61,338 nt of DNA from Girardia tigrina (GCA_001938485.1 MQRK01246197.1:36150-97487), one strand, 5' to 3'; counted from the stretch's first letter, positions 1-12,866 are shown. Made by a program: numbers and translations. Notes: generated from the letters alone by a model not told the origin.

Positions 1-285
1 AATAAAATTCAAATATAAACACCTGCATAGAATTGTTAAATTTTTAATCCAGCTTGCATACCAAGATTTTTTTTGAAACAGCAAAGTTGAGTACATACAA
101 AAAAAATTAAGACTTGTTTTTTGAAGTAATAAAAATATGTGCATTTTAAATTGTATTTTATGACAATAATATAATTTTCTTAAACAAATAGTGTTGTAGA
201 AGTCCCTTTTATAATAGGTTTTCAAAAAAAATCGTGTTAGAGTGAAATCGTGTTGTAGGATACCATGTTGTAGGAGGGATACCTG
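1..285. mobile_element. Terminal fragment of a pogo/Tigger-like DNA transposon or MITE
   Basis: Ends ...GTAGGAGGGATACCTG followed by TA (reverse complement CAGGTATCCCTCC, a pogo/Tigger-type TIR). Subterminal repeats (C/A)GTGTTGTAG/GTGTTAG are present. Confidence 0.55.
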
Positions 286-2044
286 TATATATATTCCATA
301 TTATGGCCAAATTTAGAGGTTATACAGTACTCATAATGATTGTAACAATAATAATAATGAAGTAGTAATTAAGTAGTAATAATAATATTAAGAACAATAA
401 CAGTATTCCTGGCCATAATGGTGGGTCTGAATAACGGATATCAACGTATTAATGATCCGATAGACAGTGCGACCATTGAATGGAAATGTCAATCTCTATT
501 AAAAATCAGTTTCAGATAAACAATATCTTTTTCAGCGCATTTCTTGATCGTATTAAACTCGGACAATGAAGTATATAAATAATTCATGGTTGAATAATAA
601 TAAATATAATCACGCGACAAAATACAATTCCATTTCACTAATTATATTATTTCAATGGCCTCCTCAACGGGGGAATGGTGTTCTTTAGGAATTATTATTC
701 TGTCAGATGGGCATCTGATTTGAATTAACATTGACTCTTTCACTTATTCAATATATTTTTTTATCAAATGATAATTGGCAATTTCCAAATAGAAATTCAT
801 TAAAAAAATGAGTAAAAATAATTTATATTTCAATCAATAACATATTTTTTTATTTTATATTAATAATAATTGAGAAAGAGAAATCTTTCTTTTCTTAACT
901 GAAAATACAATCAAAAAACATGAGATTGAGAAAATAATAAAATAAATGAAATACTCTCTAATAAATATAAATAATGTGTATATTTAAAGATCAAAGAAAC
1001 TTTTTGTTGACACCCAAGATCGGTAATGAAGAGGAAGTCGAAAGATTAACTTTATCCTGCTTAATAATGCATTTAAAACGAAAGGTTAAATTTTCAAAAG
1101 CTACGGCACGTTACTTAGGATATTATTCAACATACTTTATTCTTAAGTAATATTAAAGTATCTAATAAATAATTTTTTGTCTAAGGACTTTCTTATGACT
1201 GAAGAAAATTCAACCCGGTGTGAGGAATATTTCAAATTGTGTATGGATGTGGTGTTTTTATTTGGAGTGTGCTGGAATGAGAATTGTGATTCTCTCATCC
1301 AGTTGAAAAATTGGCACTTTATTGCATTCGCGATAAGTTATCGTAGCCCGTACCTTGCCGCCCGGCCTGAGGTATGGGCTATAAAATATAAAGTAGCCTC
1401 TTCATTGTTCAATATTTTTTGGACATACACATAATTTTAAATGCTAAAACACTGAATACCGCATTATAACAAGCACTTATAATTATAGTATGTGACAGTT
1501 AATACCACGAAATTTAATACCAAAATATTTCATCCAAAACATTAAAAAATTAAAATGATTATTAAATTAAAATAATTATTTTTTTATTTTAACTTTTTAT
1601 TGTTAATGAAAATTGATATTGAACTACAAACGTTTTTATATTTATTTTATTAAAGTTTTATAACCTAATTATTCCAAATTAATACCAAAACATTTAATCC
1701 CGTAAAAGCAATTAGGTTTATAAAAAAATTAAATGATTAATGTTTTTATAAAATAAATTTGAAAAATTAATTTTATCATTATTTTATTTTGAATAATTTA
1801 AATATTTTTTAGTTTACAAAATTTGAACATCTTTTGTCAGAACCATCCATACAAAATATTAAATTAATTTTAAATTCAATGCAAATTAATTTAATAAATT
1901 AATGGTTTTAGTTTTTTCAAAGTTTCTCTTAAAACTATGACTAAAAGAATAGTAATTACAAAATAATATATGTGTTTAAATAATCTGTTCTTGTGAATTT
2001 TTTAAATATTTTTTTTCATAATAAACTTACAATTCAAATAGACA

Positions 2045-3399
2045 ATGAAGATCGTTAAAGTATCTAAAGTGGATATTATTTCTACAATTCCTCAGTACCT
2101 ATTAACATTTTTTTATATTGATCACTTAAATACAAGTGTAATCTACAAGATGTGTCTTTCGAAATTTGAGTATCACCAACAGAAGACGGGCACCCGTAGT
2201 TTGAAACGACATCTGGATAATAAACACCCAAAAGTGTCCAGCGCGAAAGAGAAGACCAAGTCAACTTTGAGTCAACAGCATCCTACTCTCATTTCCTGTG
2301 GATTTATTGAACCTCGTGCTAAAAAGTATCGTGTTGAAGTATCCACTTTAAAGAAATCTATTTTAACACTCACATGTAGTCGCCATATTCTACCTCTTCA
2401 ATTCTTTGAAGATCCCATCATTTCCAAAGGCTTTGGTCTGCCCTCCATCAGTCGTCATGATGTTCGAAATGAATTGAGGAAAATGACAGTTGAAATTAAA
2501 AGTGATTTGATGGACAAGCATCGTGGTGAGTGGGCATCAATTGTGATAGATGGTTGGAAAAATCCTGTATCCAACCACAAACATTTAACAATCTTATTAT
2601 TTTCTCCTATGAACCCTCAAAACCAGTGTTTTTGCAGAGTTTCTTGTTACCTGACAATAGTGTACTGTATATTTCAACGTGTGTATTTGATGTACTGAAC
2701 AATTTGGATTCTTGTGATATCAAGGTTATCAGTGCTATTACCGACAATGCCAGATGTATGGTTGCCGCGATAGAGCTTGTATTTCAACATCACCCTACCT
2801 TTTTGCCCCTAAGATGTGCTGCTCACATAATCAACCTTATAATTAAAGATGCGTTGAAAAATGTTGATTTAATTAGAGTTGGTTTTCAAATACTCTCGAG
2901 CTACATTCAGAATGGTATTAAGCCATATTGTGAGACCAGATGGAACAGTGTCTTCGATCGTTTAATTGATCTGGCGAAATACCTCTGTGCATAAGACGGG
3001 CCACCTAATTCTGATATGCTTGTTTGCATTGAGAACACAATATCAGCTTTGTCTCCTTTCATTGATGTTCTCCATGTTGCTCAAAAGGATTGTTGTGATT
3101 GACTGACGTTGTACAAAGAGTTCTCCAAAGCAGTAGCAAGGACCTCTGAATCCGGTCGGGACCACTTGGCAGCGGTGGCTGAAAATCGCAGACATTTACA
3201 ATGTAATCCTGTTGTTCACCTTGATATGTTTGTGAATGAGAAAAAGCAGTTATCTGAAGCTTCTGAAGGTAGGCTTCACAAGTGGTTGGACGCTCTTGGA
3301 GTTCCTGAATTCCATCAATATGTTTGTGAACGCGAATTCCATTCAATTGCAATCATTCCGAAGCGATTACGTTTATTTATAATAAATCTGACTATGTAG
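2045..3399 (+). pseudogene. hAT transposase pseudogene with N-terminal BED zinc finger (element starts near 1487)
   Basis: BED-like KMC...TGTRSLKRHLDNKHP, then IVIDGW, AITDNARCM, RCAAHIINL and CETRWNS spread over frameshifted ORFs 2045-2698, 2530-2994 and 3109-3399. Subterminal TTAATACC repeats at 1500-1700. Confidence 0.88.
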
Positions 3400-3489
3400 T
3401 GGTGGGGAAGGTTGTTGATCGATATAAATTGCATGAACTAATAATTATGTATGATAATAAAAAAATTTAATGACAAAAACTTCGTACAT

Positions 3490-4699
3490 TATTATTTTAA
3501 AACTAGAAAAATACCAGTCATATTTGACGAATGAGCTGAATTTTCGTCTTTGAAAGTTTCTGTTTTAATTTTTAAATCGTAATTATTATAATTTATTATT
3601 TATTGTTTCGAATTCTGTGTTGATTTAACAGTCAGTCAATTAAGTCGGCTCCCAGCATCATTCGGCGACGGTGCTGCACAGACAGAACCGTCTTGATGTG
3701 GGCTAATCAGATTGATCAAGTTTATACGTAGATTTACTCCTGTCACTCTTCAATTTTGCATTTTATTTGTTGATATTATTTTTTAATAACGAAAATTTGT
3801 AATTTCTGCAAAATTGATTTTTAGCAATATAATTAGTAAATAATTGATAAAAATCGTAATTTATCAAATTAATTAGTATTTTATTAGTATTGTCATAAAA
3901 ATTTTCACGAAATTCATAATACAAATCATCCAAATCGTCATTATTCGAAATATGTGTTGATTTATCCATTTAACGACCTGCTCGATTTACCATTGATTTC
4001 GCCGGCTTGCGGGCGTCTGTCGGCCAAGGCGCTGTACCGACATATTTGTCTCGATGCAGGTTATTGTACCATCAAGATTATTAACAGAATCCTCCATGTA
4101 TATGACTGTACAGTTATTAATCCATATAAGCTTATGAAAACAACTATCTGATTGTATAATATATAAATATAAATGATACCTAAGACGTATTTCACAACCT
4201 TAAAACAAAAAGAATTAAACAAGATTTTCATTAAAAATAGAAAGTTTGATGTGAATAGAGAAAAGTTATTAAGAACTATTCTCACAGTCTAAATATTGTA
4301 CCAAAGACTGATTTGGAGACTATTGGGTTCTAAATCAAAAGACGTTGACATTAACACAAAACTTTATTTCAATTAATAATTACGTTTTCCAAAATAAAAT
4401 TAAAATCGCATTTTCATTTAAGTCGATTTAACCGTTTTACAATTTTATTTTGATTCCAATTACAATTTCCAAATAAAATTATAATTACATTTTTAATTTA
4501 CTTCGATTTAATCGTGTAAAATAAAAGAAAGTTACAAAAAATAGTTTAGTTTACTTTCATTTCGCAAATAAAAAATTAAACTTTATATTACTTTTGATTT
4601 TATTTCAATTAAATATTTTCATCAAATTTGAAATTAACTTTTTTACTTTATAATAAATCTTTTAATAACCCTACCATAAAATTTATTTTATTTCTTACA
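3490..4699 (-). mobile_element. Copy of the unclassified TG-headed AT-rich cassette family (putative LTR-like) with small orphan ORFs
   Basis: Minus strand starts TGTAAGAAAT...TTATGGTAGGGTTATT, a variant of the head motif. It contains ORFs 4061-4285 and 3763-3969. The tail 3490-3765 has an inverted paralogue at 16107-16380. Confidence 0.45.
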
Positions 4700-5674
4700 T
4701 AAATTAATTTTTACATTAAATTTTTGAAAATCTTATTTTAACATATCTATAACAATATTTTGCGGAATGTAATTGTTTAATTATTAATTTGATGAGATTG
4801 TAAATTCAAAAATTTTATGAACTCAACTCAACATTGTAAAAATAATGAGTGACAACAGATATTTTGGATAGAATTTAATTAAATAAACTTTTATAGAAAC
4901 TTAATTTCGGATGAGAAATTGATTAATGATGGATTTGTTTTGGCCTCAGAATGACTGACTATGTGGAATGATGCTTGGCTGACGGGGTCTTCTAATCAAC
5001 TTGACCAGAATAACTTGAATGAGAATTCGATAGAATGGGAATTAATTTGCCGATAAATCGTTAATTTGTACAATAATCGTGAACTACTCTAATAATTACA
5101 ATGCATTTACGATATTATAATAATATACATTGCTATACTAAATATATTAGATAATAATTATAAGTTCATTATAATTACAAAATCCTTAAATATTTCAAAT
5201 CAACGAAGCATACAGATAAAATGTATTTATGTTTTCATAAACAAAGATACCACACAGCGTTAAATACCTTAATTCCCTGCAACTCAACATGAGGTTTCAA
5301 GTAAATGAGATTGGCATCGATACATCTAGGTTCACACTATTTTAAAATCCATGCAACCAGTCAAAACTCCAAGTCGAATACAAACAAGTACGATCAGCTC
5401 AACGTTGCTCAGATACTGACACAGTTTCCGGGGACCGTTCTTTACTCTAAAATATAACCCCTCCACGAAAGGTGGTAGGGGCACAAACAATCGGATGTTC
5501 CCGGTAGATTATGAAAACAAATCCACTTACTCGGCAAAAATAATAATAAATTTGAAGGTTAACCTACCCGTAAATCAAATTAAAGAACAAAGGTTGGCAT
5601 AATTATATTATCTTAGTAATTGTAATTAATATTTTCCACGTAGTCATTTAATTCTTTTCAATGCTTTATAGTAG

Positions 5675-5676
<2 letters not shown>

Positions 5677-5712
<36 letters not shown>
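5677..5712. repeat. (AT)n microsatellite
   Basis: Pure AT run just downstream of the minus-strand hammerhead. Confidence 0.95.
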
Positions 5713-5716
<4 letters not shown>

Positions 5717-5739
5717 TGATTAAAGCTTTTTTATATAAT

Positions 5740-5782
5740 TATTGCACATGTTTCGATGTTACATACATCATCATCAGCAATA
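5740..5782 (-). ncRNA. Minimal type I hammerhead ribozyme (Penelope pLTR type), probably inactive
   Basis: Minus strand reads TATTG-CTGATGA-T-GATGT ATGTA ACATC-GAAA-C AT G-T-G-CAATA. Core boxes, stem II and stem I are intact, but the cleavage triplet reads GUG. Confidence 0.7.
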
Positions 5783-5849
5783 TTTGGAAACTTAGTATTT
5801 GAATATTTGAATTGTTTTAATAATATGTATTAAGAACACCAACATGTGC

Positions 5850-6142
5850 CTTCAAACCCCCACTTTCAACACAGAATTGTCTTTTGGACAACTCTCAGCA
5901 AAACTCTCGTCATTCGACATCGTTCTAAATTGATAATTTTTTTATTAATGTTTGTTAATAAACAATTATTCGAACAAATTTTTCATTATTTTCAGATTTT
6001 ATTTTTACAGTTCAAATTTGGTAATTTTAGTACCAATTTTATTTACATATTCATTTTATTTAAAAAATATTTTATTGAAAGAAGGAACATTTATTTAATT
6101 CAAAACTTAGTTAAAACTATTTATTTTATTTAAATTTTATTA
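5850..6142 (-). mobile_element. Partial copy of the AT-rich cassette family
   Basis: Minus strand CAATTTAGAACGATGTCGAATGACGAG (MSNDESFAES..., ATG at 5920) aligns with 59850-59910 (MSNYECSVDN...). ATCTGAAAATAATGAAA matches 56711. Confidence 0.5.
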
Positions 6143-6994
6143 TGAAAATTTGAAATGATTTAATATTTTTAATGTTTTTAAATATATTATGCTGTACTTT
6201 AAAATGTAAATTATACTCGAATAATTATCTATCGTGAACATCCAAAATATCAATTTTCCACCTGGGTTGGAGAAACACATTTCCAAATACTAAACTCAAC
6301 ATACAAAATTCAACAAACCAATTTCAACATACCAAATTTAAAATATTTCTCACATCCCCCTCGATTTAAATGGCTTTAGCCATTCCACATTTCTNNTCAA
6401 TATTCTGCCATCATCTAATTGTATCTCGTAACTTCTTTCATGTCGTCGGTTCTTTATTGTGGCTGGGCCCATATATCGATCCTCATCCTTCGTTACGTTT
6501 TCTTTCTTTATAAGCACTTTATCTCCAATTTGGAACATTCGTTTCGTCTGTGTCGTGGTTTTATTCATTTCCTTTTCGACATGTCTTTTTCCATCGGTGT
6601 TTTTCAACCAATGTCTTAGTTTTCTACCAAAAATTATTTCTGCTGGAGATATCTCTGTGGTTGCCTGAATTGTGCTATTTAGCATAAACTCTATTTCTGG
6701 CAGGGTTTCCGTCCAATCTTTGTGGACCTCGTCTTTCATCCGTATATTCATGGCATCCCTAATTGTTTCAAATAATTTCAAATGAAAATTTGAAAAGATT
6801 TAATATTTTTAATGTTTTTAAATATCTTATGCTGTACTTTAAAATGTAAATTATACTCGAATAATTATCTATCGTGAACATCCAAAATATCAATTTTCCA
6901 CCTGGGTTGGAGAAACACATTTCCAAATACTAAACTCAACATACAAAATTCAACAAACCAATTTCAACATACCAAATTTAAAATATTCCTCACA
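6143..6994 (-). mobile_element. Internally deleted Ty3/Gypsy element: two near-identical 212-bp LTRs (6143-6354, 6783-6994) around an integrase C-terminus
   Basis: TG...CA direct repeats differ at only a few positions. A polypurine tract (GAGGGGGA on minus) abuts the 3' LTR. There is no PBS and no clear TSD. Confidence 0.9.
6350..6781 (-). pseudogene. Gypsy integrase C-terminal fragment
   Basis: W..LPEIEFMLNST.QATTEISPAE.IFGR ... FQIGDKVL ... RYMGP ... RNVEWLKPF, homologous to the integrase end at 49560-50060. Confidence 0.9.
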
Positions 6995-7009
6995 ATATGA
7001 ATTGAGGGT

Positions 7010-7087
7010 TCCGAATAATGGGTTAGGGTTAGGGGGCGGCAAATCTTAGGACCGCCCCGGGCGCCAATAAGAGTTGCTACGCCACTG
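7010..7087. mobile_element. Terminal remnant of a DNA transposon (TIR CAGTGGCGTAGC)
   Basis: Ends GCTACGCCACTG, preceded by a GC-rich GGGGCGG/CCGCCCC hairpin. Confidence 0.55.
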
Positions 7088-7659
7088 CTTCAAATACAGC
7101 TACCTCGTTCAAAATATGTACAAAAGTAATTGAATATAACAGAATATACTTCTTTTAAAAGAACTACCAAAATTTATTATAATACTTAATTTAATGTTAA
7201 AAATAAATAGCTTAAAGATGAAGAAGAAAGTACTCACGAAGAACAGAAGCAACGTATTACACTAACTTATTGGTGTACAGTCACCCTACACTATAGCAAG
7301 ATTTAAATCTCCAGGTCACTAATATAAGCTAGCAAAATTTGTTAGATCAAGGGTGATAGGAGAATATGAGACGTATAATTTTGCATAAATAATTATAAAT
7401 ATATTCAAAGTGTAACTAAAATCAGTCGAGAGTCAGACGCATTAATGGTAATGTGGGGTACAATATTCAGACATATTAGATATTATCCAGAGGAGTTAAT
7501 GTTTTTATGGAAGGTTAAACATTATTCTTTACAACAGTTCTTATTTACTGACAAATTATAATTCATTTGATTTGCAAATAGAAGTTTTATTAATTCTTCA
7601 AACACTTTAATTAATGCATATAGAAATCAATTATAATAATTAAAATCATTGTAAAAAGT

Positions 7660-7930
7660 AAGTTGTGAACAATTTATTTCAACAGATCAACCGTTATCGT
7701 TGGGCAGCGACTAAACTACATGTATATGCAAATGGACTGTTACGTAATGAAATCATGCTAACCGATAATTCTCAATGATTGGTTGATAATGCCGTTTGAA
7801 CATTGATTTTAGGACATCGTGACATAATTAACATTTTTTAACTCGCCATTTTCTCTCAATAACTATCAAGATACTTACTATAATGAAGAGAACTAACCAA
7901 TAACTTGTTTAAAACTATTTGGAAACTTCC
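7660..7930 (-). mobile_element. Penelope-like element 3' end (GIY-YIG C-terminus plus degenerate hammerhead)
   Basis: Minus translation ...SRCPKINVQTALST matches SRCAKINVQSAVST at about 28880. Downstream TAACGGTTGATCTGTTGAAATAAATTGTT is a decayed copy of the 29021 hammerhead. Confidence 0.7.
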
Positions 7931-8015
7931 TTGTACATATACATATAGTATTGTTCCTATTAACGGTTCCGCCAAGTGCATTAATGTGCTAATGTACCTT
8001 TGTACTTTCTCTCTG

Positions 8016-8111
8016 TCTCTCTCGATTACAATGATTACTATTCTATGCGTTTTGATACTTCTCCATATTCATCACAACGCATAAAATAGTAAAGATTGTG
8101 ATCGAGAGAGA
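8016..8111. repeat. Imperfect palindrome (about 41-bp arms, 14-nt loop), MITE-like hairpin
   Basis: TCTCTCTCGATTACAATGATTACTATTCTATGCGTTTTGAT pairs with ATCACAACGCATAAAATAGTAAAGATTGTGATCGAGAGAGA. Confidence 0.8.
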
Positions 8112-9422
8112 TTGAGAATCATAAATTAAGAATCAGGCCCACCTACACTACAAGTAAATATTTAGTTTTAATCATTTGTCGATATGGATAACGTGCATTA
8201 ACAGTGTATGAAATGAGAAACTCTCCTACACCATACCAGCAAGAGTAATCGTCAGATAACCTGGCATTTTTGTGTGTTTTAGACACAGGTTAACAACGTT
8301 AAAAAGCAATTCAATGCAACTTGAAATGCTTTACCAAGAAGAATTGGAAGGTGATGTACAAAACTCTTCTTGGTGTCAATACTGAACGTCTTATTGTTAT
8401 GCAGGCCAAGTGTAATTCAATAGTGATACCAAGATAAGTTGTCTCTGAACATGTTAATGGTAGCATCATCAGACATATTCTGCGCCAGAATAGAATGAAA
8501 CCATGCAGACCCATCAAGTATCCTGTCCTTATAAAAACACACCAGCCTTTTTGTTACAAATGATCACTCCAACATCTGCAATAGTCATATACATAGTGGA
8601 AGACAAAATATTCTCGTACGAATATTTCATTGAAGTAAAATTAACGTGGTCACTTTATGTCCGTCGGCAGAATGGTCAGCAGTTTCAATATAACCTATTC
8701 AAACAAACGAAATGCTTACCCTTTGAAGGTAAAAATGGGGAGTTTCATATACTTTTATTGGATCTCTGAGTTGCTTTCTGTATATGACAATAGATAGTGA
8801 TGAGTACCTTTTAATGAAGGAGGGGTATGGGCAATGTAACTGGATTTTATAGCAACATAATACTTGCTGACATACAAGTTAATACGCTATAAAACAAACT
8901 AACATTGAAGTTTTTCTCTCGTTAGGTTTTAGCCATGATGCTAATTGTATCGAATACCTCTGGTTTGTTATGAAACATGATGTCTACAACACCACACACT
9001 TGAGTAAGAAGTTCCTCATTGAGAAAAGTAAGATTGCGTGGACCTGTGCCAAAGTGTGAAGTAAGTGCACTTAACTTGTTTTATCCATGAAATCACATGT
9101 TGACTGTATTAAGATTGTAAAATGTGGTCGCAGCTCATTTTGATTTAAAGGTAAATAAAACTTACTTTAGGAGATTTATTTACTTTTTCACATTTTTCGA
9201 GGGGGAAAAGTTATTTTGAACAATGCTTTATATATATAGGGTACGTCATAAGTTTAGAGTTTTATGTTTTCCAAAATATTTTTACTGAGTGAAGGCTAAA
9301 GCAAACCATATTGTATATATCACACAGCCATATGAAATTTTAATAGAACGCTATCAGAAGGATTACAAAGTTCGTTAGAGTCCATTATCTCTCCATCTTC
9401 TTATGGGAAAAAGATTATTAAA

Positions 9423-10050
9423 ATGAATGAATTCATTGTCAATACTTCACAGTTAGACAAGAACAGAAATGATTATCCAATAGCACGTTATATCTATTCA
9501 ACTAAATCGCCATTCAGCAGCGTAGAACATCCAGAGTTCAAGAAGATCGTATCTTCTTTACGACCTGGGTATGAGCCTCCATCCCGTCAAAATATCACTG
9601 ACCGTCTACATGATTCTGTATACGAAACTCTCGTAGAAGAATTTGTAAGCCAAATGTTCTTAATAATGCAACGCTTTCACCATTGGTTTGGTGGTTCCCT
9701 CTGGAAAAACAACTGAACGAGCAAACAACGCAACTAGTTCGATGTTTGTTTACGGCAGTAGCTTCATCGACTGGAGCTGAAAGAGGTTTCTCGACATTCG
9801 GATTTGTCCATTCCGGAGTAAGAAACAGGTTAGGAGCAGAGATGGCAGCAAAACTTACGTTCATGTTTAAAGAATGAAACTCTGGAATTTTGATTCCTCA
9901 ACACACATACTTCCTTTACCGTATTCACGATTCCATGTTCAATTAATTTAAAAAATAAAATTTGATAAACTGAGTTAATTATTTTTTAGTTACCGAAAAA
10001 TTTGATTTAAATCAAAAAATCAATTTAAATAAAAAAAATCGATTTTAATG
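9423..10050 (+). pseudogene. Internally deleted hAT transposase (N-terminal part fused to C-terminal dimerisation domain)
   Basis: PFSSVEHPEFKK...LRPGYEPPSR, followed by WW...ASSTGAERGFSTFGFVHSGVRNRLG. GATTTAAATC subterminal repeats near 10000-10045. Confidence 0.85.
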
Positions 10051-10931
10051 ATATTTTCATATTTTTTTACTTTTCTACTTACCATTTTACATCCACCTGC
10101 TTATATCATTCCATAGTATTGTGAGAAGTGCTGATAATGGATTCTTCTGTTGCGAAGGAGCCAAGGTGTATATTTGTGGTTGAGTCTACTGCTAAAACAG
10201 CGAAGGTTAAATCTTCTTTTGTTGCAAAAGCATCAGGTTATGATCACAAAAAACAGAAAGTTAGTTTTAAAAATCGGTTTAAAAAAAGTGCCCCCCCCCA
10301 GTCAATATGTTAAAAAAAGGCCCTGATATCAATAGGATACCATTGATAATGTCATTAAAGATACATGAAATTTTTTTCTATGCTTTTTCAATGAAGATAA
10401 GAGAAGTTTTACCCACTGAGCAGACTGTCACTAAAACCATCACCGACTGTGAAAAGTTAAAGCGAAAGTTCGTGCATGTGTTTAAATCAATTAAGCTTCT
10501 TGTTAAATCAGAAAGGCTATTTTCTTAGAAAATAATAAAGAAAACTGTAAATATGATACTTTTGAAAGATAATTCTAAAAATCAAAACTTTTTTGTTGAG
10601 ATTCCATTCTTAAAGTGGATGAAAATGTAGTCTATATCAACTATGATTAATATGGTTGAGGTGCTGGCCCCCGGGTCGAGCAATGGTGGTCAGCATCTCT
10701 TTATCGTTCGGGAAGTTTCTGAGCGAGGAAGTCAAACAGTCGGTTGAGTGGGCGCCACGAAACGATCGGGCCCGAATTATCGTCCCGTCGGTGACGGTTT
10801 CCAGTCCTATCTCTCAGGCTCTATTGCAATCGGTGCCGATCGGAATGGTGGTTAGTGTGACCGGCTCATCGGCCGGTGACCCGAATGTACAGCAGGTCGG
10901 AAAGTCAAGATTTGTCAAGGTGTGTTATAAC

Positions 10932-11062
10932 TAGGGAGCGACAAATCGTTAAATATGGTCGATGCATCGTTTACGATGCATCGAAAACCCGCATCAAAAG
11001 ACTACATTGTTAACGACGCATCGAAAAACCTGCATCGTTAAACGATGCATCGTCGCTCCCTA
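10932..11062. mobile_element. hAT-type MITE, 131 bp
   Basis: TIR TAGGGAGCGAC/GTCGCTCCCTA, perfect 8-bp TSD GTTATAAC, and internal GATGCATCG repeats. Confidence 0.92.
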
Positions 11063-11069
11063 GTTATAA

Positions 11070-11430
11070 CATGCTGGTATAATCATTGGAAGAAAGCATA
11101 ATTATAATCGGTGAAAGCAGACACGATTAGAAGTCGATTTGGCAATCATATATTTTTAATTCACATTCAACAATTATATATCTTAAATTTTACACATCAA
11201 GCCCAACAACATTTAAACAAGTATTTGTTTGGTTTTTTAATATTTTCATTATTAATTAATTTTGTCAATCGTTTTTTTCTGTGTCCCCACAATGATAACA
11301 AATTATAACTATTAGAGGTTCTTTGAACATTCTCGGAATTATTATTAAGATTTACTTCAGACATCCAAACTTTATTATACAACACAAAACAATGTTTAAA
11401 TCTAATATTTAAACAAACTTATTATTTTTT
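11070..11430 (-). mobile_element. Probable diverged copy of the AT-rich cassette family with small ORF (ATG 11364)
   Basis: Minus strand AATAAGTTTGTTTAAATAT lies upstream of MSEVNLNNNSENVQRTSNSY, resembling MSVKTDNNESGINASY (59711) and SDNNESGINATTNSH (56701). Confidence 0.4.
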
Positions 11431-11929
11431 TGAGAAACAATTTGTTTTATAAATCTTAAACTGATATAAATAAAAATACTTATAAATATTCATATTTGAT
11501 TTTTTTATATTAATTTTATAAATCAATTTTAAATTACGATAACATTTTAAAATATTAAATCATTTAGTTTATTTTTATTAATTTTTAAAAATCGTTCCAC
11601 ATATACAAATGATACATTTTAATTTTTATATTATATTTAAAACTCTCAAAAATTTTTCTTCTTAATTTTAGTAATTTATTTTTTCAAACGTTACGTATTT
11701 AATTATATAAAAATTTTAATTTGTACATATTTAATTTAACCTTCTTTCAAAAATTTTCCTAACATTTTTAATTCCTAACAATAACTATTATAACCAATCA
11801 CTCAAAAACTACTTTATCACATATTTATCACTCATTTGCAAAATAAAGCTACAATTCCTAAGGAGAAAATATTGAAAAAAATAAGTCTTACATATTTGAT
11901 GTGACCGGAAAATATTGAGATTATTCAAC

Positions 11930-12560
11930 AATACAACAAATGAAGAACTTTACATAAAAATAAACATCAATCATTCATAACATAATCTCTGTTTTTGATC
12001 ATTAGTAACTGGCAATGATCCAACAGCTTCAATCGTTCGTGACTTAACCTTTTAGCTCTAGCATCGAATAATTTATCCTCTCTTCATAGTCGTGGAAGGT
12101 ACATTTGTGTTGCAGTTTTCATGAATGAAAATAGCCACCGGTCGCACATGTTAAAATATGTTAATAAGCTTCTTGGAAGAGTGCATTCAATTTGCATTTC
12201 TACAGGAAATTGTTGGTTGTGCATACTGAACGAGGTCTAGCGTTGTCAAATGAGAAAAAAAAACGAATGTCTTTCAAACTTCTTTTGGTTTGATCAAAGT
12301 TTGTACCATGTTTAATCAATTTCATTATGGAATTATATGAAAAAAATCAACATTCACAGTCTGTACTGCTGACTTCACCGCAATTAATATATTCTTGTTA
12401 CAAGTTAAAATCAAAGACAACATGGCCTGACAGCTACGGGTCCGTTCCCATCAATCAACACCTATACCTTATTCTCCGTTTTTGTCAAAATTGGATTAAA
12501 ATAAACCAAATGTTTTCGTTGATAGAGCTTAAAAACATTATCTTTCTGATTGATATTGCA
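11930..12560 (-). pseudogene. Decayed mariner-like transposase catalytic region
   Basis: Minus translation includes FDNARP, NMCDRWLF (cf. DLxPxDxxLF) and the terminal LLDHCQ...RDYV. Confidence 0.6.
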
Positions 12561-12775
12561 ACATTTCATCTAAGTTCTCTTTTCCTGACCTTTACGTTTA
12601 TAAGGGGGGGGGCAAATAGCACAAGATTAACTAAAATTTAAAAGACCTTTTCAGAAAATAATTATTGTTATTTCTTCAGAATCCATTTTAGAGAGGTGTT
12701 AATTTTGTTCAATAAAAGTTTATATCCACTCAACATTTTCTACGTATCTAACTCTTACTTTATAAATTTTGTAAT

Positions 12776-12866
12776 AATATATATTATAAAAGCCCAAGTC
12801 ACTCACTGCTTCACTAACGCTGACGTAATCAAGCGAGATAAAAAAACCCGAGTGTGTCGGGTAGTA
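12776..12866 (+). mobile_element. Short non-autonomous Helitron-like remnant (second partial copy at 13242-13290)
   Basis: 5' TATATTATAAAAGCCCAAGTCACTCACTG and a 3' hairpin ACCCGA...TCGGGT followed by AGT. The same 5' motif recurs after the gap. Confidence 0.45.

Noticed and set aside
300-800. Asn-rich protein-like stretch as a host exon
   Set aside because: Stops occur in all frames and there is no recognisable family or consistent splice structure.
7019-7034. TTAGGG repeats as a telomere or interstitial telomeric array
   Set aside because: Only two units, embedded in a transposon end.
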